Positions 28,654-38,651 of a stretch of DNA of 64,000 nucleotides are shown piece after piece. This DNA comes from a bacterium (GTDB taxonomy: Bacteria; UBA8248; JACPRG01; G963555815). Numbering within the stretch: the stretch's first letter is position 1; each line of letters opens with the position of its first letter. A program made the translations under genes and the position numbers. Location of the stretch: NCBI GenBank assembly GCA_965218795.1, contig OZ244653.1:4000001-4064000 (forward strand), read 5' to 3'. The notes below the pieces were generated by a model. The model was given only the letters and a program-made list of their open reading frames with translations. It was not told the origin of the DNA and did not search any database.

Positions 28654-30075
28654 ATGGCGAAGAAGAGCAGCGCGCCAAGGAAGATCGACACGCTGATCTA
28701 CGACGCGGATTTCGTCGTTACGATGAATCAGGACCGTGAGATTTATTCGGACGGCGCGGTTGCGGTGGACAAGGGCAAAATCCTCGAGGTCGGAAAATCC
28801 AAAGCCCTGCGGGAGAAGTATCCGGAGGCGAAGAGGAAAATCCGGGCGCGGGACCGGCTGGTGATGCCGGGCCTGATCAACGCTCACATGCACTCCACCC
28901 AGCAGCTCGCCCGCGGCCTTGCGGACTGTGTGTTCCTGCCCACTTGGATCCATGATCGGCTTTTCCCCTGGGAGAACGCCCTCTCGGAAGAGGAGGTCTA
29001 CCTTTCCTCCATGGCTTGTTGTATCGAGCTCATTCGAACGGGGTCGACCTGCTTCGATGATCCCGGCGGGTACAACATGCACATGGCGGTCAAGGCAGTC
29101 ACCGAAGCGGGCATCCGGGCGAACATCAAGCGGTCCGTCACGGACATTCATGCCACAGGCCGTCCCTTGCCGTCCAAGATGCACGAAGGGACCGGAGAAG
29201 GTCTCGCCGCCGGGGAAGAGTTCGTAAAAAAGCACAACGGCGCGGCGAACGGCCGCATCAGCGCATGGTTTTCCTGCCGCACCGAGCGGATGAGCTCCAA
29301 TGACCTTCTGGCCCGGACCACCGAGCTTTGCAAGAAACACGGGGTGGGGTTCGGGACCCACATGGTTTCCAACCCGGATTCCGTCAACCGCCACAAAGAG
29401 GTTTTCCACGGCAAGCGGGCGGTGGTTCGCTATCAGGAGGCCGGCGCGCTGGGGCCGCACCTCATCACATACCACACCAACATCATCGACGAAGAAGAAC
29501 TGGAACTGCTGGACGAGTACGACGTCGGCGTTGTGCATTGTCCAACCGCGAGCTTCGCGGGCGCCTACGGCTCCATCAGCCTGGGGTATCACCCGGAAAT
29601 GTTCCACCGGGGCATGAAGCACGGCCTGGGTTGCGACACCGCTCCCGAATCCAACTTCGTCGACATGTTCCGGGTCATGTTTGCCGTGACGGCCCACCGG
29701 GATTACCGCATGGACGCAACGCTTTTCCCTCCGGAAGACATACTGGAGATGGCGACGCTGGGCGGTGCGCGCGCGATGAACATGGAAAAACAGGTCGGCT
29801 CGCTGGAGAAGGGGAAACGGGCCGATCTGATCATGCTCGATATCACGCGCCCGGAGTGGATCCCGCACCACAACATCATCTCCAACATCGTTCAGTCCTC
29901 AAGCGGCGACACCGTCGATTTCATGATGGTGGACGGCGAGGTCCTGTACGAAGACCGGCAGATCCAGTCAGTCGATGAGAGAGACATGCTGAGGGCGGCG
30001 AATCAAGCCGGATTGGCCGTGGCCAAGCGGACGGGGCTCGATTATTTCGGAAGATCCCCGTGGCCGATGAAGTAG
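28654..30075 (+). CDS. Amidohydrolase, Atz/Trz/MTA-SAH deaminase family
   Basis: MPGLINAHMH, VVHCP, LGCD, MATLGGARA, GSLEKGKRAD. Confidence 0.92.
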   Translation: MAKKSSAPRKIDTLIYDADFVVTMNQDREIYSDGAVAVDKGKILEVGKSKALREKYPEAKRKIRARDRLVMPGLINAHMHSTQQLARGLADCVFLPTWIHDRLFPWENALSEEEVYLSSMACCIELIRTGSTCFDDPGGYNMHMAVKAVTEAGIRANIKRSVTDIHATGRPLPSKMHEGTGEGLAAGEEFVKKHNGAANGRISAWFSCRTERMSSNDLLARTTELCKKHGVGFGTHMVSNPDSVNRHKEVFHGKRAVVRYQEAGALGPHLITYHTNIIDEEELELLDEYDVGVVHCPTASFAGAYGSISLGYHPEMFHRGMKHGLGCDTAPESNFVDMFRVMFAVTAHRDYRMDATLFPPEDILEMATLGGARAMNMEKQVGSLEKGKRADLIMLDITRPEWIPHHNIISNIVQSSSGDTVDFMMVDGEVLYEDRQIQSVDERDMLRAANQAGLAVAKRTGLDYFGRSPWPMK

Positions 30076-30101
30076 GTTGTCCGGGCGGGAGCCCCATCCC
30101 G

Positions 30102-30962
30102 TCACGCTCTCGAAACGAGAAAAATTCCAAGAAATACGATGATCGCGCTCAGGGCCAGCCGCCACGTGACCTGTTCCAGGTGCTGGAACAGCAGTCGTGA
30201 GATCAGGGTTGAGAAAAGCCCCATCGTATAGATGAGGGGCGTTGTGAAGCTGACCGAGGAGAGCGCGATGGCGCTGTAAAAGGCGTAGAAGGCCAGGGCA
30301 TAGATGACCCCCGCGACGAGGAATATCCAAAGCCCGCGGGGGTCCAGCCTCCATCGGTTGTTCCTGGGAACCGCCGGCGGCGTGGCCAGGAGAAACACCA
30401 ACACCCCCAGGGAGGTCAGGGTATTTCCCAGCAGCCGGTCCGGGATGGCCAGAATGCCGAGTCGGCTGAACACGGGCGACAGGCTGTAGAAGATGGCCGG
30501 GATGAGGGCCAGGACGGCTGCTCGCGGCCCCACCCGGATTCCGGAGCGGTCCGAGAGGACGCTCATCATGCCCAGGACGATCAGGACGGCCCCCGCCACC
30601 AGGGTCCACCCCGGCCGTTCTCCGAGGAACACGACTGCAATCAGCATGCTGAGCAAGGGGGTCCCGGCCAGCAGAACCGAGGCCCGGGAGACGCCTATTC
30701 GTTGGACGCTGAAATGAAACAAAAGGCGGCCTGGGCCGGTGCCGCAGGCCCCCGCAAGGAAGAACCATATGGCCCCTGTCCAGTCGGGGGCCGGTCCCGG
30801 CCCGCGGAGGAGGACCGTCGCGCCGTACAGAATGAACACGGTCGAGGAGATGATGATGGCCCCGACAAGCGGCGCACTCGTCCGCACCCCCAGGCGCGTA
30901 AAAACATCGGCCAGGCCGAACAGGAATCCGGACGATATTCCCCAGAGAAGTACGATGGTCAA
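30102..30962 (-). CDS. EamA/DMT transporter
   Basis: IGVSRA, FLGERP, LEQVTWR. Confidence 0.88.
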   Translation of the reverse strand: MTIVLLWGISSGFLFGLADVFTRLGVRTSAPLVGAIIISSTVFILYGATVLLRGPGPAPDWTGAIWFFLAGACGTGPGRLLFHFSVQRIGVSRASVLLAGTPLLSMLIAVVFLGERPGWTLVAGAVLIVLGMMSVLSDRSGIRVGPRAAVLALIPAIFYSLSPVFSRLGILAIPDRLLGNTLTSLGVLVFLLATPPAVPRNNRWRLDPRGLWIFLVAGVIYALAFYAFYSAIALSSVSFTTPLIYTMGLFSTLISRLLFQHLEQVTWRLALSAIIVFLGIFLVSRA

Positions 30963-30990
30963 TTCGGGTTACGCTCTGTATGCGGGAGGG

Positions 30991-31860
30991 TCAACCCCCT
31001 TCGGAAATGGAGACGAGATAGATCCCGACAAACACGATGGCCGCCCCGATTGCCAGCCGCCACGTGACCCGCTCGATAGATTGAAGAAACAGCCGGGAGA
31101 AGGCGATGGAAAAAAGCGGTGACGAGAATACGAGGGGGGCCGCGAAGTTGACCTCCGCAAACTCCAAGACCTTGTGGTACGTATAGAAAGCCCCGCAGTA
31201 ACAGACGCCTCCGATCAGAAAAAACCTCATCCCCTCCCATTCGGCGCCCCAGCGCTCCTCCGGCGAGATGGACTTTTGAAGCGCCAAGAGGGTGAGGAGG
31301 GCCGAGAAGGAGGAGACGCCGCTGCCGAGGACGGCATCCGGAAGGGCCTGCATCCCCAGCCGGATAAATATGAGGGTGAATCCCATGAACAGGGTCGGGA
31401 GAATGCCGAGCCCGATGGTCCTCGGGCTCATGCGGATTCCGCTTCGGTCCGTGACCACGCTGGCGACCCCCCCGATAACGACAAACGCCCCGACAATGGC
31501 GGCCCATGAAGGCCGCTCGCCCAGGAGGGCGACCGCGTACAACAGACTGAGCAGCGGGCTGACGAGAATGAGGATCGTGGCCCTCGATACGCCGATCCGG
31601 CGCATGCTGTAATAAAAGAGGATTCGGGCGGGGGCCGTCGCCGCCACGCCTGTCAGGGTGAACCATCCCACCGCCGGCCATAGCGGGCCGGGCGTGACGC
31701 CGCCAATCAACAACAGCGCGGCGAAGAAAGCGCATATGATGGACGTGCTGGTGATGGCCCCGGTGAAGGGCGTGCCGTTTCGCACGCCCAGACGGGTCAT
31801 CAAATCTCCGAGACCGAACGTAATTCCGGCCAGAAGTCCCCACAGAAGTGCGGTACTCAA
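30991..31860 (-). CDS. EamA/DMT transporter
   Basis: IGVSRA, LLGERP, SPLFS, IERVTWR. Confidence 0.88.
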   Translation of the reverse strand: MSTALLWGLLAGITFGLGDLMTRLGVRNGTPFTGAITSTSIICAFFAALLLIGGVTPGPLWPAVGWFTLTGVAATAPARILFYYSMRRIGVSRATILILVSPLLSLLYAVALLGERPSWAAIVGAFVVIGGVASVVTDRSGIRMSPRTIGLGILPTLFMGFTLIFIRLGMQALPDAVLGSGVSSFSALLTLLALQKSISPEERWGAEWEGMRFFLIGGVCYCGAFYTYHKVLEFAEVNFAAPLVFSSPLFSIAFSRLFLQSIERVTWRLAIGAAIVFVGIYLVSISEGG

Positions 31861-32046
31861 TGCCCCTCACCTTTGAAGGAAGACAGAATTTTGCGGGGAG
31901 AACGATAACGGGCCCGATGCCCGCGAGCTTTCCTCCAAGGGGGCATTATGCCATGTTGCTGAAGATTGAGCAGGCGGGCCGCCGGGGGGTCGGCAGGGAT
32001 CAGGTCTTTTCCCCGAATGTGTCGAACCTTCAGGAGGTGTGACGAA

Positions 32047-32511
32047 GTGGAAGAAGGCGCAGCGAAATTTTTCGAGGATTACCAGGTCGGAGAGCGTTTC
32101 ACGACGAACGGCCGTACGGTGACCGAATTCGACGTGATGACCTACGTCACCCTGGTCGGTTACCTCGAACCGCTTTTTATCGACGAGGAGTACATCCGGG
32201 AGGAGAGCGGGTTCGGAAGCCGGATCGCGCCGGGCCTTCTCACCACCTCGCTGGCCGACGCGCTGATCGCTCAGACCGGCATCCTTCACGGAACCGGCAT
32301 GGCCCTGTTGGAAGTCAACGGACTGAAAATGAAGGCTCCCGTGCGGGTGGGAGACACGATCCGGGTGGATGTCGAAATCACCGAAAAGCGCGAGACGTCG
32401 CTGCCCGACCGAGGGGTCGTTTCCTCCAAGCAAGTCGTACGCAACCACCGCGGCGAGGCCGTCGTGGAGTATGCAGTCAGCCGTTTTATCCGCCTGCGGG
32501 AGGCGAAATAG
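32047..32511 (+). CDS. MaoC-like hot-dog-fold dehydratase
   Basis: FFEDYQVG...GRTVTE...RIAPG...PVRVGDTI; GTG start with AGGAGG RBS. Confidence 0.88.
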   Translation: MEEGAAKFFEDYQVGERFTTNGRTVTEFDVMTYVTLVGYLEPLFIDEEYIREESGFGSRIAPGLLTTSLADALIAQTGILHGTGMALLEVNGLKMKAPVRVGDTIRVDVEITEKRETSLPDRGVVSSKQVVRNHRGEAVVEYAVSRFIRLREAK

Positions 32512-32534
32512 GATTATGGGGACATTTTTGTTTT

Positions 32535-32776
32535 GGGGGGACATTTTGAAAATTGTCCCCCCAACCCCCCCTCAAAAACTTTCATCTCGCGATGGAGGAC
32601 CGCCCATGTACATGGGCGGTCCTCCATCGCAACAGCTTTTTTCATTGTTCGTGTTCCGCGCCGGCAGACCCGTGGTCAGCGAACCCGCCCACACCGCGAG
32701 CAGGCCGAGCGTTCGCTCGGCAGTCGAAAGTTTCTCGGGGGGTCGAGGGGGGCGGCTTTTCAAAGAAGCCCCCTCG
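32535..32776. repeat. Miniature inverted-repeat element with internal perfect 42-bp palindrome
   Basis: Imperfect ~48-bp terminal inverted arms; palindrome at 32589-32630; lies between convergent genes. Confidence 0.65.
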
Positions 32777-32811
32777 AAATTACCCTTTCCGTCGGATTTC
32801 AGTTGGGAATC

Positions 32812-33729
32812 TCAGGCCTGAACCCACCCCGTTTCCTGATGGCCGAACCGGTAGCTCTCGGGGTGAATGATCTCCGCCAGGATTTCCAGGGATTCCGCCA
32901 GCCGGGGGCCGGGCCGGTTGAAGTACTGGTTGCCGTCGGTGACGTACACCCGGCCCGACTTCACCGCGTTGAGGTCGGTCCACCCGGGCTTGCGCGTCAG
33001 GACCGGCATCTCACGTCGTGTCTTTTCGATATCGTAACCGCAGGGCATGGTGACGATGATGTCCGGGTCCGCGTCTCGAAGCTCCTCCCAGGTCATCCAC
33101 GGGGCGTGCTCGTTTTCCTTGCCGAAGAGGTTGAGCCCGCCCGCCATCTTGACCAGGGTCGGCACCCAGTTGCCCGCGGCCATCAACGGTTCCACCCATT
33201 CGATGCAGGCGACGGTTGGACGCGCGCTCATTTCCGAGGCTTTGTCGGCGATCTCCCTCATGCGGCGCTGAAGGCCTTCGATCAATTCATCCGCCTGAGG
33301 CGCGGCGTCGAGCGCTTGGGCGACGCTCCGAATGTCCGCCCAGACGTCCTCCAGGCCGTTGGGCTCCAGGGGGACGATGGTCGGATTCAGTCCTCCCGTG
33401 AAATGGCACACGGCTTCCTCCACGTCCTTCAGGCTGACCGCGCACACCTCGCACTGAGTCTGGGTCAGGATGACGTCGGGGTGCAGGCGCTCGAGCTCCC
33501 CGGCATCGACGCGGTAGACGGACAGGGCATCTTGAATGATCGCCTTGATCCGCTGGTCGATTTCATACGACGTGCCGTCCGGGTTGATCTTCGATTCCGT
33601 GAGAACGGGAAGATCTTCGACAGACGGCGGATAATCGCACTCATGCGAGCGACCGACCAGCTGGTCCTCGAACCCCAACGCGCAGACAATCTCCGTGCTG
33701 CTGGCGATTAATGAGACAATCCGTTTCAT
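32812..33729 (-). CDS. BtuF-like cobalamin/Fe-siderophore binding protein
   Basis: MKRIVSL...GRSHECDYP...QCEVCAVS...YFNRPGPRL; no signal peptide. Confidence 0.85.
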   Translation of the reverse strand: MKRIVSLIASSTEIVCALGFEDQLVGRSHECDYPPSVEDLPVLTESKINPDGTSYEIDQRIKAIIQDALSVYRVDAGELERLHPDVILTQTQCEVCAVSLKDVEEAVCHFTGGLNPTIVPLEPNGLEDVWADIRSVAQALDAAPQADELIEGLQRRMREIADKASEMSARPTVACIEWVEPLMAAGNWVPTLVKMAGGLNLFGKENEHAPWMTWEELRDADPDIIVTMPCGYDIEKTRREMPVLTRKPGWTDLNAVKSGRVYVTDGNQYFNRPGPRLAESLEILAEIIHPESYRFGHQETGWVQA

Positions 33730-34202
33730 GGCCCCCCGCAAACCCACATCTCTTCAGCAGCGGTAGCGATATGATTTCTACTCTACCAAACGGAGGCGTC
33801 GCGTGTCGTCCCCGTGGTGGTCCGAGAACCTTTTCATCTCAAGCCGGGGGACCCACCCTGAAATGGGATGCATCCAACCTGACCGGCGGCACCCGCAATC
33901 TTGTTCAACGCGGCAAGCAAGACCTTCTTCTGAAGTATCCCTATAATGTGTTACAGGATGGTATCGGAATTCGTTCACGGACCTGCGTGGAATCTCCCGG
34001 CCTCTCACGTCCGCAGATAAGGGGGAGATGTCACGACGGTCGGGAGCTTCGCGGGGGAAAGGATGTCGTGGCCTGGATGAAAGGACGCCTCCGAATCTTG
34101 GCTTGTCTCATGAGTTTCGCCTTCTGCCCGGAATTGCGCAATCAGGCGGGGATCGTCTTTTCCAAGCGGGGTTCTGCGGCGTTAATCGACTGAGGGGAAG
34201 CC

Positions 34203-36308
34203 ATGCCATACATCATCGGGGTGGATGTCGGAGGAACGTTTACGGACGTTGTGGCCCTTGACGAGGAGGGGACAGTCACGATCGGCAAGGCCCTCTCGAC
34301 GCCTCGGGACTTCTCGGTCGGGGTGCTGGACTCCATTCAGACTGCGGGTGAGGCCCTGGGGCTGGGTCTGGAGGAGGTGCTTTTTCAGGCGAGCGTCATC
34401 CTCCTGGCCACGACCGCGGCGGAAAACGCCATCATCACCGGTCAATTGGCCCGGGTGGGTCTTCTCATGACCAGGGGATTCGAGGATGTTTTGATCCTCG
34501 CGCGGGGCGGGTACGGACGCTGGAGCGGACTCTCGGACGAGGAGATCATTCACCCGGTCATGACGAACAAGCCGCCGCCCATCGTTCCCCGCACCGATAT
34601 CGAAGGAGTCAGCGAGCGGACGAACAGCGACGGTGAGATCCTGGTCTCCCTGGACAGGCCGAACGCCGAAAATGCGCTGAAGTCCTTGATGGATCGAGGC
34701 GTGGAATCCCTCGGAGTCTGCTTCCTGTGGTCCTTCGTAAACCCGGAGAACGAGCAAAAGATGGCGGAGATCATCCGGGAGCTTTACCCCCGGGTTTCTG
34801 TCACGCTTTCCAGCGAGCTGGCCCCCCGTATTGGTGAGTATGAACGAACCTCAACCGTGACCCTGAATGCCGCGTTGTCCCCCACCTTGTCACAATCCTT
34901 GCGGAATTTAGAGAGACTGACGGGCGAAAAGGGATTCCATAAGAGTCTCCTCGTGATGCAGGGATATGGGGGGCTTCTCACGGTTCCCCAAGCCACCTCG
35001 CGAGCCGTGGGACTGATTGAATCGGGGCCGGCCGGAGGAATTATCGGAAGCCAGTTCGTGGGTGATCTGGCGGGGATGAAGAACGTCATCGGTTGCGACA
35101 TGGGGGGAACGAGCTTCAAGGTGGGGGTCCTCACGAATGGGGCATTTGAATACGCCTGGGAGTCGACAATACTCCGTTATCACTCGATGATTCCCAAAAT
35201 CGACATCGTCTCAATCGGAGCGGGCGGCGGGAGCATCGTTTGGATCGAGCCGAGAACGGGCCTTCCCCGAATCGGCCCGCAGAGCGCGGGTTCATCCCCC
35301 GGCCCGGTATGTTATGACCTGGGCGGATTGGAGCCGACTCTCACGGATGTCAACCTGATTCTCGGTTACGTGGATCCGGATTACTTCCTCGGTGGAAGGA
35401 TGAGGCTCAATCCGGAAAAGGCTTTGGAGCAATTCAAGAGAAAGATCGCCGACCCTTTGGGGATGGATCCGGCGGCGGCGGCGAGCTCGGTCTACCAGCT
35501 GGCCAACTCCCAGATGTCCGACCTGGTTCGGCGCGTGACCATCGAGAGGGGGCTGGATCCGAAAGATTATGTGCTCTTTGCCTATGGAGGCGCGGCGGCC
35601 ATCCATGCCGGTGCTTTCGCTCCCCAACTGGGCGTTCAGAAGGTGGTCGTGCCCTTTACGGCGTCGGTGAACGGAGCGTTTGGAATTGTGGCCTCGGACG
35701 TGATTCACGAACACTCGTTGACAAGGCATGTTCCGGTTCCGGCCGACGAAAAGACGGTCAACGAGATATTTTCCAGGTTGGAGGAAAAGGCCGTCGAGGA
35801 CCTGAAGGGGGAGGGTTTTTCGGAGACGGACATTCGACTCCATCGCTCAGTGGGGATGCAGTTCCGGCTTCAGGTGCACGAGGTGAATACCCCCATCCCC
35901 GTCGCCGGCCTCCTGAAGGAGGAAGACCTGGAAGAGACCTATCGGCGTTTCGAGCGACTGTATGAGCAAAAACACGGCAAAGGCTCAGCCTACAAGGAAG
36001 CCGGTATGGAGATGACGAGTTTCCATTTGACGGCGGTGGGGGTGCTGACCAAGCCCGCTCTTCAGGTTCACGAGACGGGAGGACCCGAGGCGGCGGGCGG
36101 CCTCATCGGCAGCCGGGAGGTCTCCTTTGAGGGGGCGCTCCACCACACGGAAATTTACCGGTTCGACGCGCTGCGTAGCGAAAACCATGTCGCCGGCCCC
36201 GCCATCATCCTGACGCCTGTGACGACCATTGTGATTCAGCCCGGACAGACGGCCGATGTGGACTCTTACAAAAACGTCATCATCCGGTTCGGGGAGAGCG
36301 GAGCATGA
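34203..36308 (+). CDS. Hydantoinase/oxoprolinase subunit A
   Basis: GVDVGGTFTD, ESGPAGG, DMGGTS, GAGGGS, GPQSAG. Confidence 0.93.
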   Translation: MPYIIGVDVGGTFTDVVALDEEGTVTIGKALSTPRDFSVGVLDSIQTAGEALGLGLEEVLFQASVILLATTAAENAIITGQLARVGLLMTRGFEDVLILARGGYGRWSGLSDEEIIHPVMTNKPPPIVPRTDIEGVSERTNSDGEILVSLDRPNAENALKSLMDRGVESLGVCFLWSFVNPENEQKMAEIIRELYPRVSVTLSSELAPRIGEYERTSTVTLNAALSPTLSQSLRNLERLTGEKGFHKSLLVMQGYGGLLTVPQATSRAVGLIESGPAGGIIGSQFVGDLAGMKNVIGCDMGGTSFKVGVLTNGAFEYAWESTILRYHSMIPKIDIVSIGAGGGSIVWIEPRTGLPRIGPQSAGSSPGPVCYDLGGLEPTLTDVNLILGYVDPDYFLGGRMRLNPEKALEQFKRKIADPLGMDPAAAASSVYQLANSQMSDLVRRVTIERGLDPKDYVLFAYGGAAAIHAGAFAPQLGVQKVVVPFTASVNGAFGIVASDVIHEHSLTRHVPVPADEKTVNEIFSRLEEKAVEDLKGEGFSETDIRLHRSVGMQFRLQVHEVNTPIPVAGLLKEEDLEETYRRFERLYEQKHGKGSAYKEAGMEMTSFHLTAVGVLTKPALQVHETGGPEAAGGLIGSREVSFEGALHHTEIYRFDALRSENHVAGPAIILTPVTTIVIQPGQTADVDSYKNVIIRFGESGA

Positions 36309-38491
36309 GCGTCGATCCCTTCGTGTTCGAGATCATCCGCCACAAATTCATGCGTGTCATCGACGAAGCCGTGATCACGCTGAAACACATCTCCGGCTCC
36401 TCGGCGACGACAGAGGGCCACGATCTCATTATGGCCCTCTACCGGACGGACGGAAGCCTCCTGATGGGGGTCCTGGGTTACTTGCACGCTCTTCCAGGCG
36501 CGGGGGAAGCCTGCCGGCACATCATTCGGGAATATTCCGAGAACCCGGGAATCAACGACGGGGACGTCTTCTTATTGAACGACCCCTATATCGCGGCCCT
36601 TCACAGTTCGGACACGTATATGGTCTCCCCCATTTTCTATGAGGAAAGGCTCGTGGCGTGGAGCGCCAACTTCGTCCACCTTCGCGACATCGGCGCCATC
36701 AATCCGGGGGGCTTCGCGCCGGATTCCAGGGAGATCTATCACGAGGGGATCATGTGTCCCGGAATCAAGCTCATGGAGAAGGGAGTCCTGCGGAAAGACG
36801 TCTGGAAAACGGTCCTCAACATGGTCAGAACGCCGGAAATCGTCGCGCTGGATCTCTATTCGCAGATGGCGGCCAACATCACAGCAAGAGAGCGGCTGGT
36901 TGAATTGATGGACAAGTACGGTCCGGACGTGGTGGACGAGGTGGCGGGGGGGATCATCGACCAGTCCGAATCTCTTTTGCGTCAAAGACTCGGGCAGATG
37001 CCCAACGGCACGTGGAAGACGCGCCAGTATCTGGAAGCCCTGGGGGAGATCTATACGGTCAACCTGGCCATGACCAAAGAGGACGATTCCCTCCATTTCG
37101 ACTTCACCGGGACCAGCGAGCAGGCGCCCGTTGGATTCAACGTTGCCTACTGGGGGACTTTGGGCGCCCTGATGGCCCCGCTGTTTCCGCTCCTGGGCTT
37201 CGACATGATGTGGAACGACGGGCTGCTGAAGCCCGTCACGATGTCTGCCCCGGAAGGTTGCCTCGTCAACTGCAAGCGGCCGGCGCCCAATTGCCTGGCG
37301 ACCATCACAGGAATTGCAGTGGTGAACAATGTGTCGCTGGAAGCGATTTCCAAGATGATGCTGGCCAGCGACGAGTATCGGAAAGAGGCGACCGCCGTCT
37401 GGCAGGGGGCGCACTGCCCCATCACCGTGGCGGGATACAAAGGCTCCAATTATGTCGTGACCCTCCTCACGCAGGAATTCGGCGGGAGCGGGGGCGCCCG
37501 CACGTTCGACGACGGTGTCGACCTGGCGGGGACCATACCGAACCCCCTGAACCGGACCCCCAATATCGAGACGGAGGAGAAGAACGCTCCTGTCCTTTAC
37601 CTTTTCTGTCGTTTTCTGAGGGATTCAGCGGGAGCGGGCCTGTTCCGCGGAGGATTGTCGAACGAATATTCCATTACATCGAACGCCGACGGGGATGGTT
37701 TGGTGGACGTCGTTATCTACGGGACGGGGACGGAGTATACGCAATGCCAGGGTTTTTCCGGCGGGTACCCTGGGAGCAACACGGGTTTCGTCCTCTACCG
37801 GGGAAAGGACATGCTCGAAATCCTGCGCAACGGGGGCTTCCCGGAGAAGGTGGAGGAAATCGGGGGTTCGCAGGAGCATGCGGTTTGGGGGACCTACAAA
37901 CTTGGAAGGGGGGAGATGCTGCACATGTGGATGATGGGCGGGGGAGGCTATGGCGACCCTCTGGAGCGAGACCCGGAACGGGTGAGGTCGGACGTCATCC
38001 AGCGGATGGTCTCTCAGGGATGCGCCCGAAACGTCTACGGGGTGGTTCTGAATCAGAGCCTGGAGGTCGATTCCGGGAGCACCGAAAGCCTGAGGGAAGA
38101 TATGGTTCGTCAGAGGTTGCGGGGCTGGGAAAGGGAGTCCGACCTGTCTTCTCGAGACGAACGCTCAGAGCCGGCTGCCGACCCGACAGCAGACACTGAA
38201 GAAGAGACTGCATCATACAACTTGAGCGGCAACCTGAAAGCCATCAAAGGGTCAAAGGGTGCGCACATTCACTGTATGAGATGCCGCCATCGGCTCTCGC
38301 CGTTGGACGAACCCTGGAAACAACGTGCAACCCTCGTGCGTTCGCCTTTAACCCGTTCGGGTCCAAGGCGGTCGGAGAGCGGCAGGTTCGAGATGCGGCT
38401 CTATCTCTGCCCAAGCTGCGGCAGGTCGCTGGATGTGGAGGTGGCTCTGCCGGAAGACCCGCCCCTGCACGATTCGATTTCTGTATTCTGA
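36305..38491 (+). CDS. Hydantoinase B/oxoprolinase with C-terminal acetone-carboxylase-gamma-like Zn domain
   Basis: LNDPY, HLRDIG, DSAGAGLFRGG, GGGGYGDPLER, then CMRC...CPSCG...PLHD. Confidence 0.9.
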   Translation: MSVDPFVFEIIRHKFMRVIDEAVITLKHISGSSATTEGHDLIMALYRTDGSLLMGVLGYLHALPGAGEACRHIIREYSENPGINDGDVFLLNDPYIAALHSSDTYMVSPIFYEERLVAWSANFVHLRDIGAINPGGFAPDSREIYHEGIMCPGIKLMEKGVLRKDVWKTVLNMVRTPEIVALDLYSQMAANITARERLVELMDKYGPDVVDEVAGGIIDQSESLLRQRLGQMPNGTWKTRQYLEALGEIYTVNLAMTKEDDSLHFDFTGTSEQAPVGFNVAYWGTLGALMAPLFPLLGFDMMWNDGLLKPVTMSAPEGCLVNCKRPAPNCLATITGIAVVNNVSLEAISKMMLASDEYRKEATAVWQGAHCPITVAGYKGSNYVVTLLTQEFGGSGGARTFDDGVDLAGTIPNPLNRTPNIETEEKNAPVLYLFCRFLRDSAGAGLFRGGLSNEYSITSNADGDGLVDVVIYGTGTEYTQCQGFSGGYPGSNTGFVLYRGKDMLEILRNGGFPEKVEEIGGSQEHAVWGTYKLGRGEMLHMWMMGGGGYGDPLERDPERVRSDVIQRMVSQGCARNVYGVVLNQSLEVDSGSTESLREDMVRQRLRGWERESDLSSRDERSEPAADPTADTEEETASYNLSGNLKAIKGSKGAHIHCMRCRHRLSPLDEPWKQRATLVRSPLTRSGPRRSESGRFEMRLYLCPSCGRSLDVEVALPEDPPLHDSISVF

Positions 38492-38651
38492 GGACCGGAC
38501 GGAATCAGAACCGTCATCGTCTCGCTCTCTTTCGGGCGTCATCCGCGAAATCCGGGTTGACCGGCCGGGAAAAAAGGGAGGGCCCGGGATCAATCGAGTC
38601 CCAAGCCCTCCCCGTGTTTTCCAGAAGGCAAGCCAGGTGGAATCGTGTGCC

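Noticed and set aside
38489-38491. Other TGA stops as selenocysteine
   Set aside because: They fall at natural C-termini with no Cys-motif context or continuing homology.
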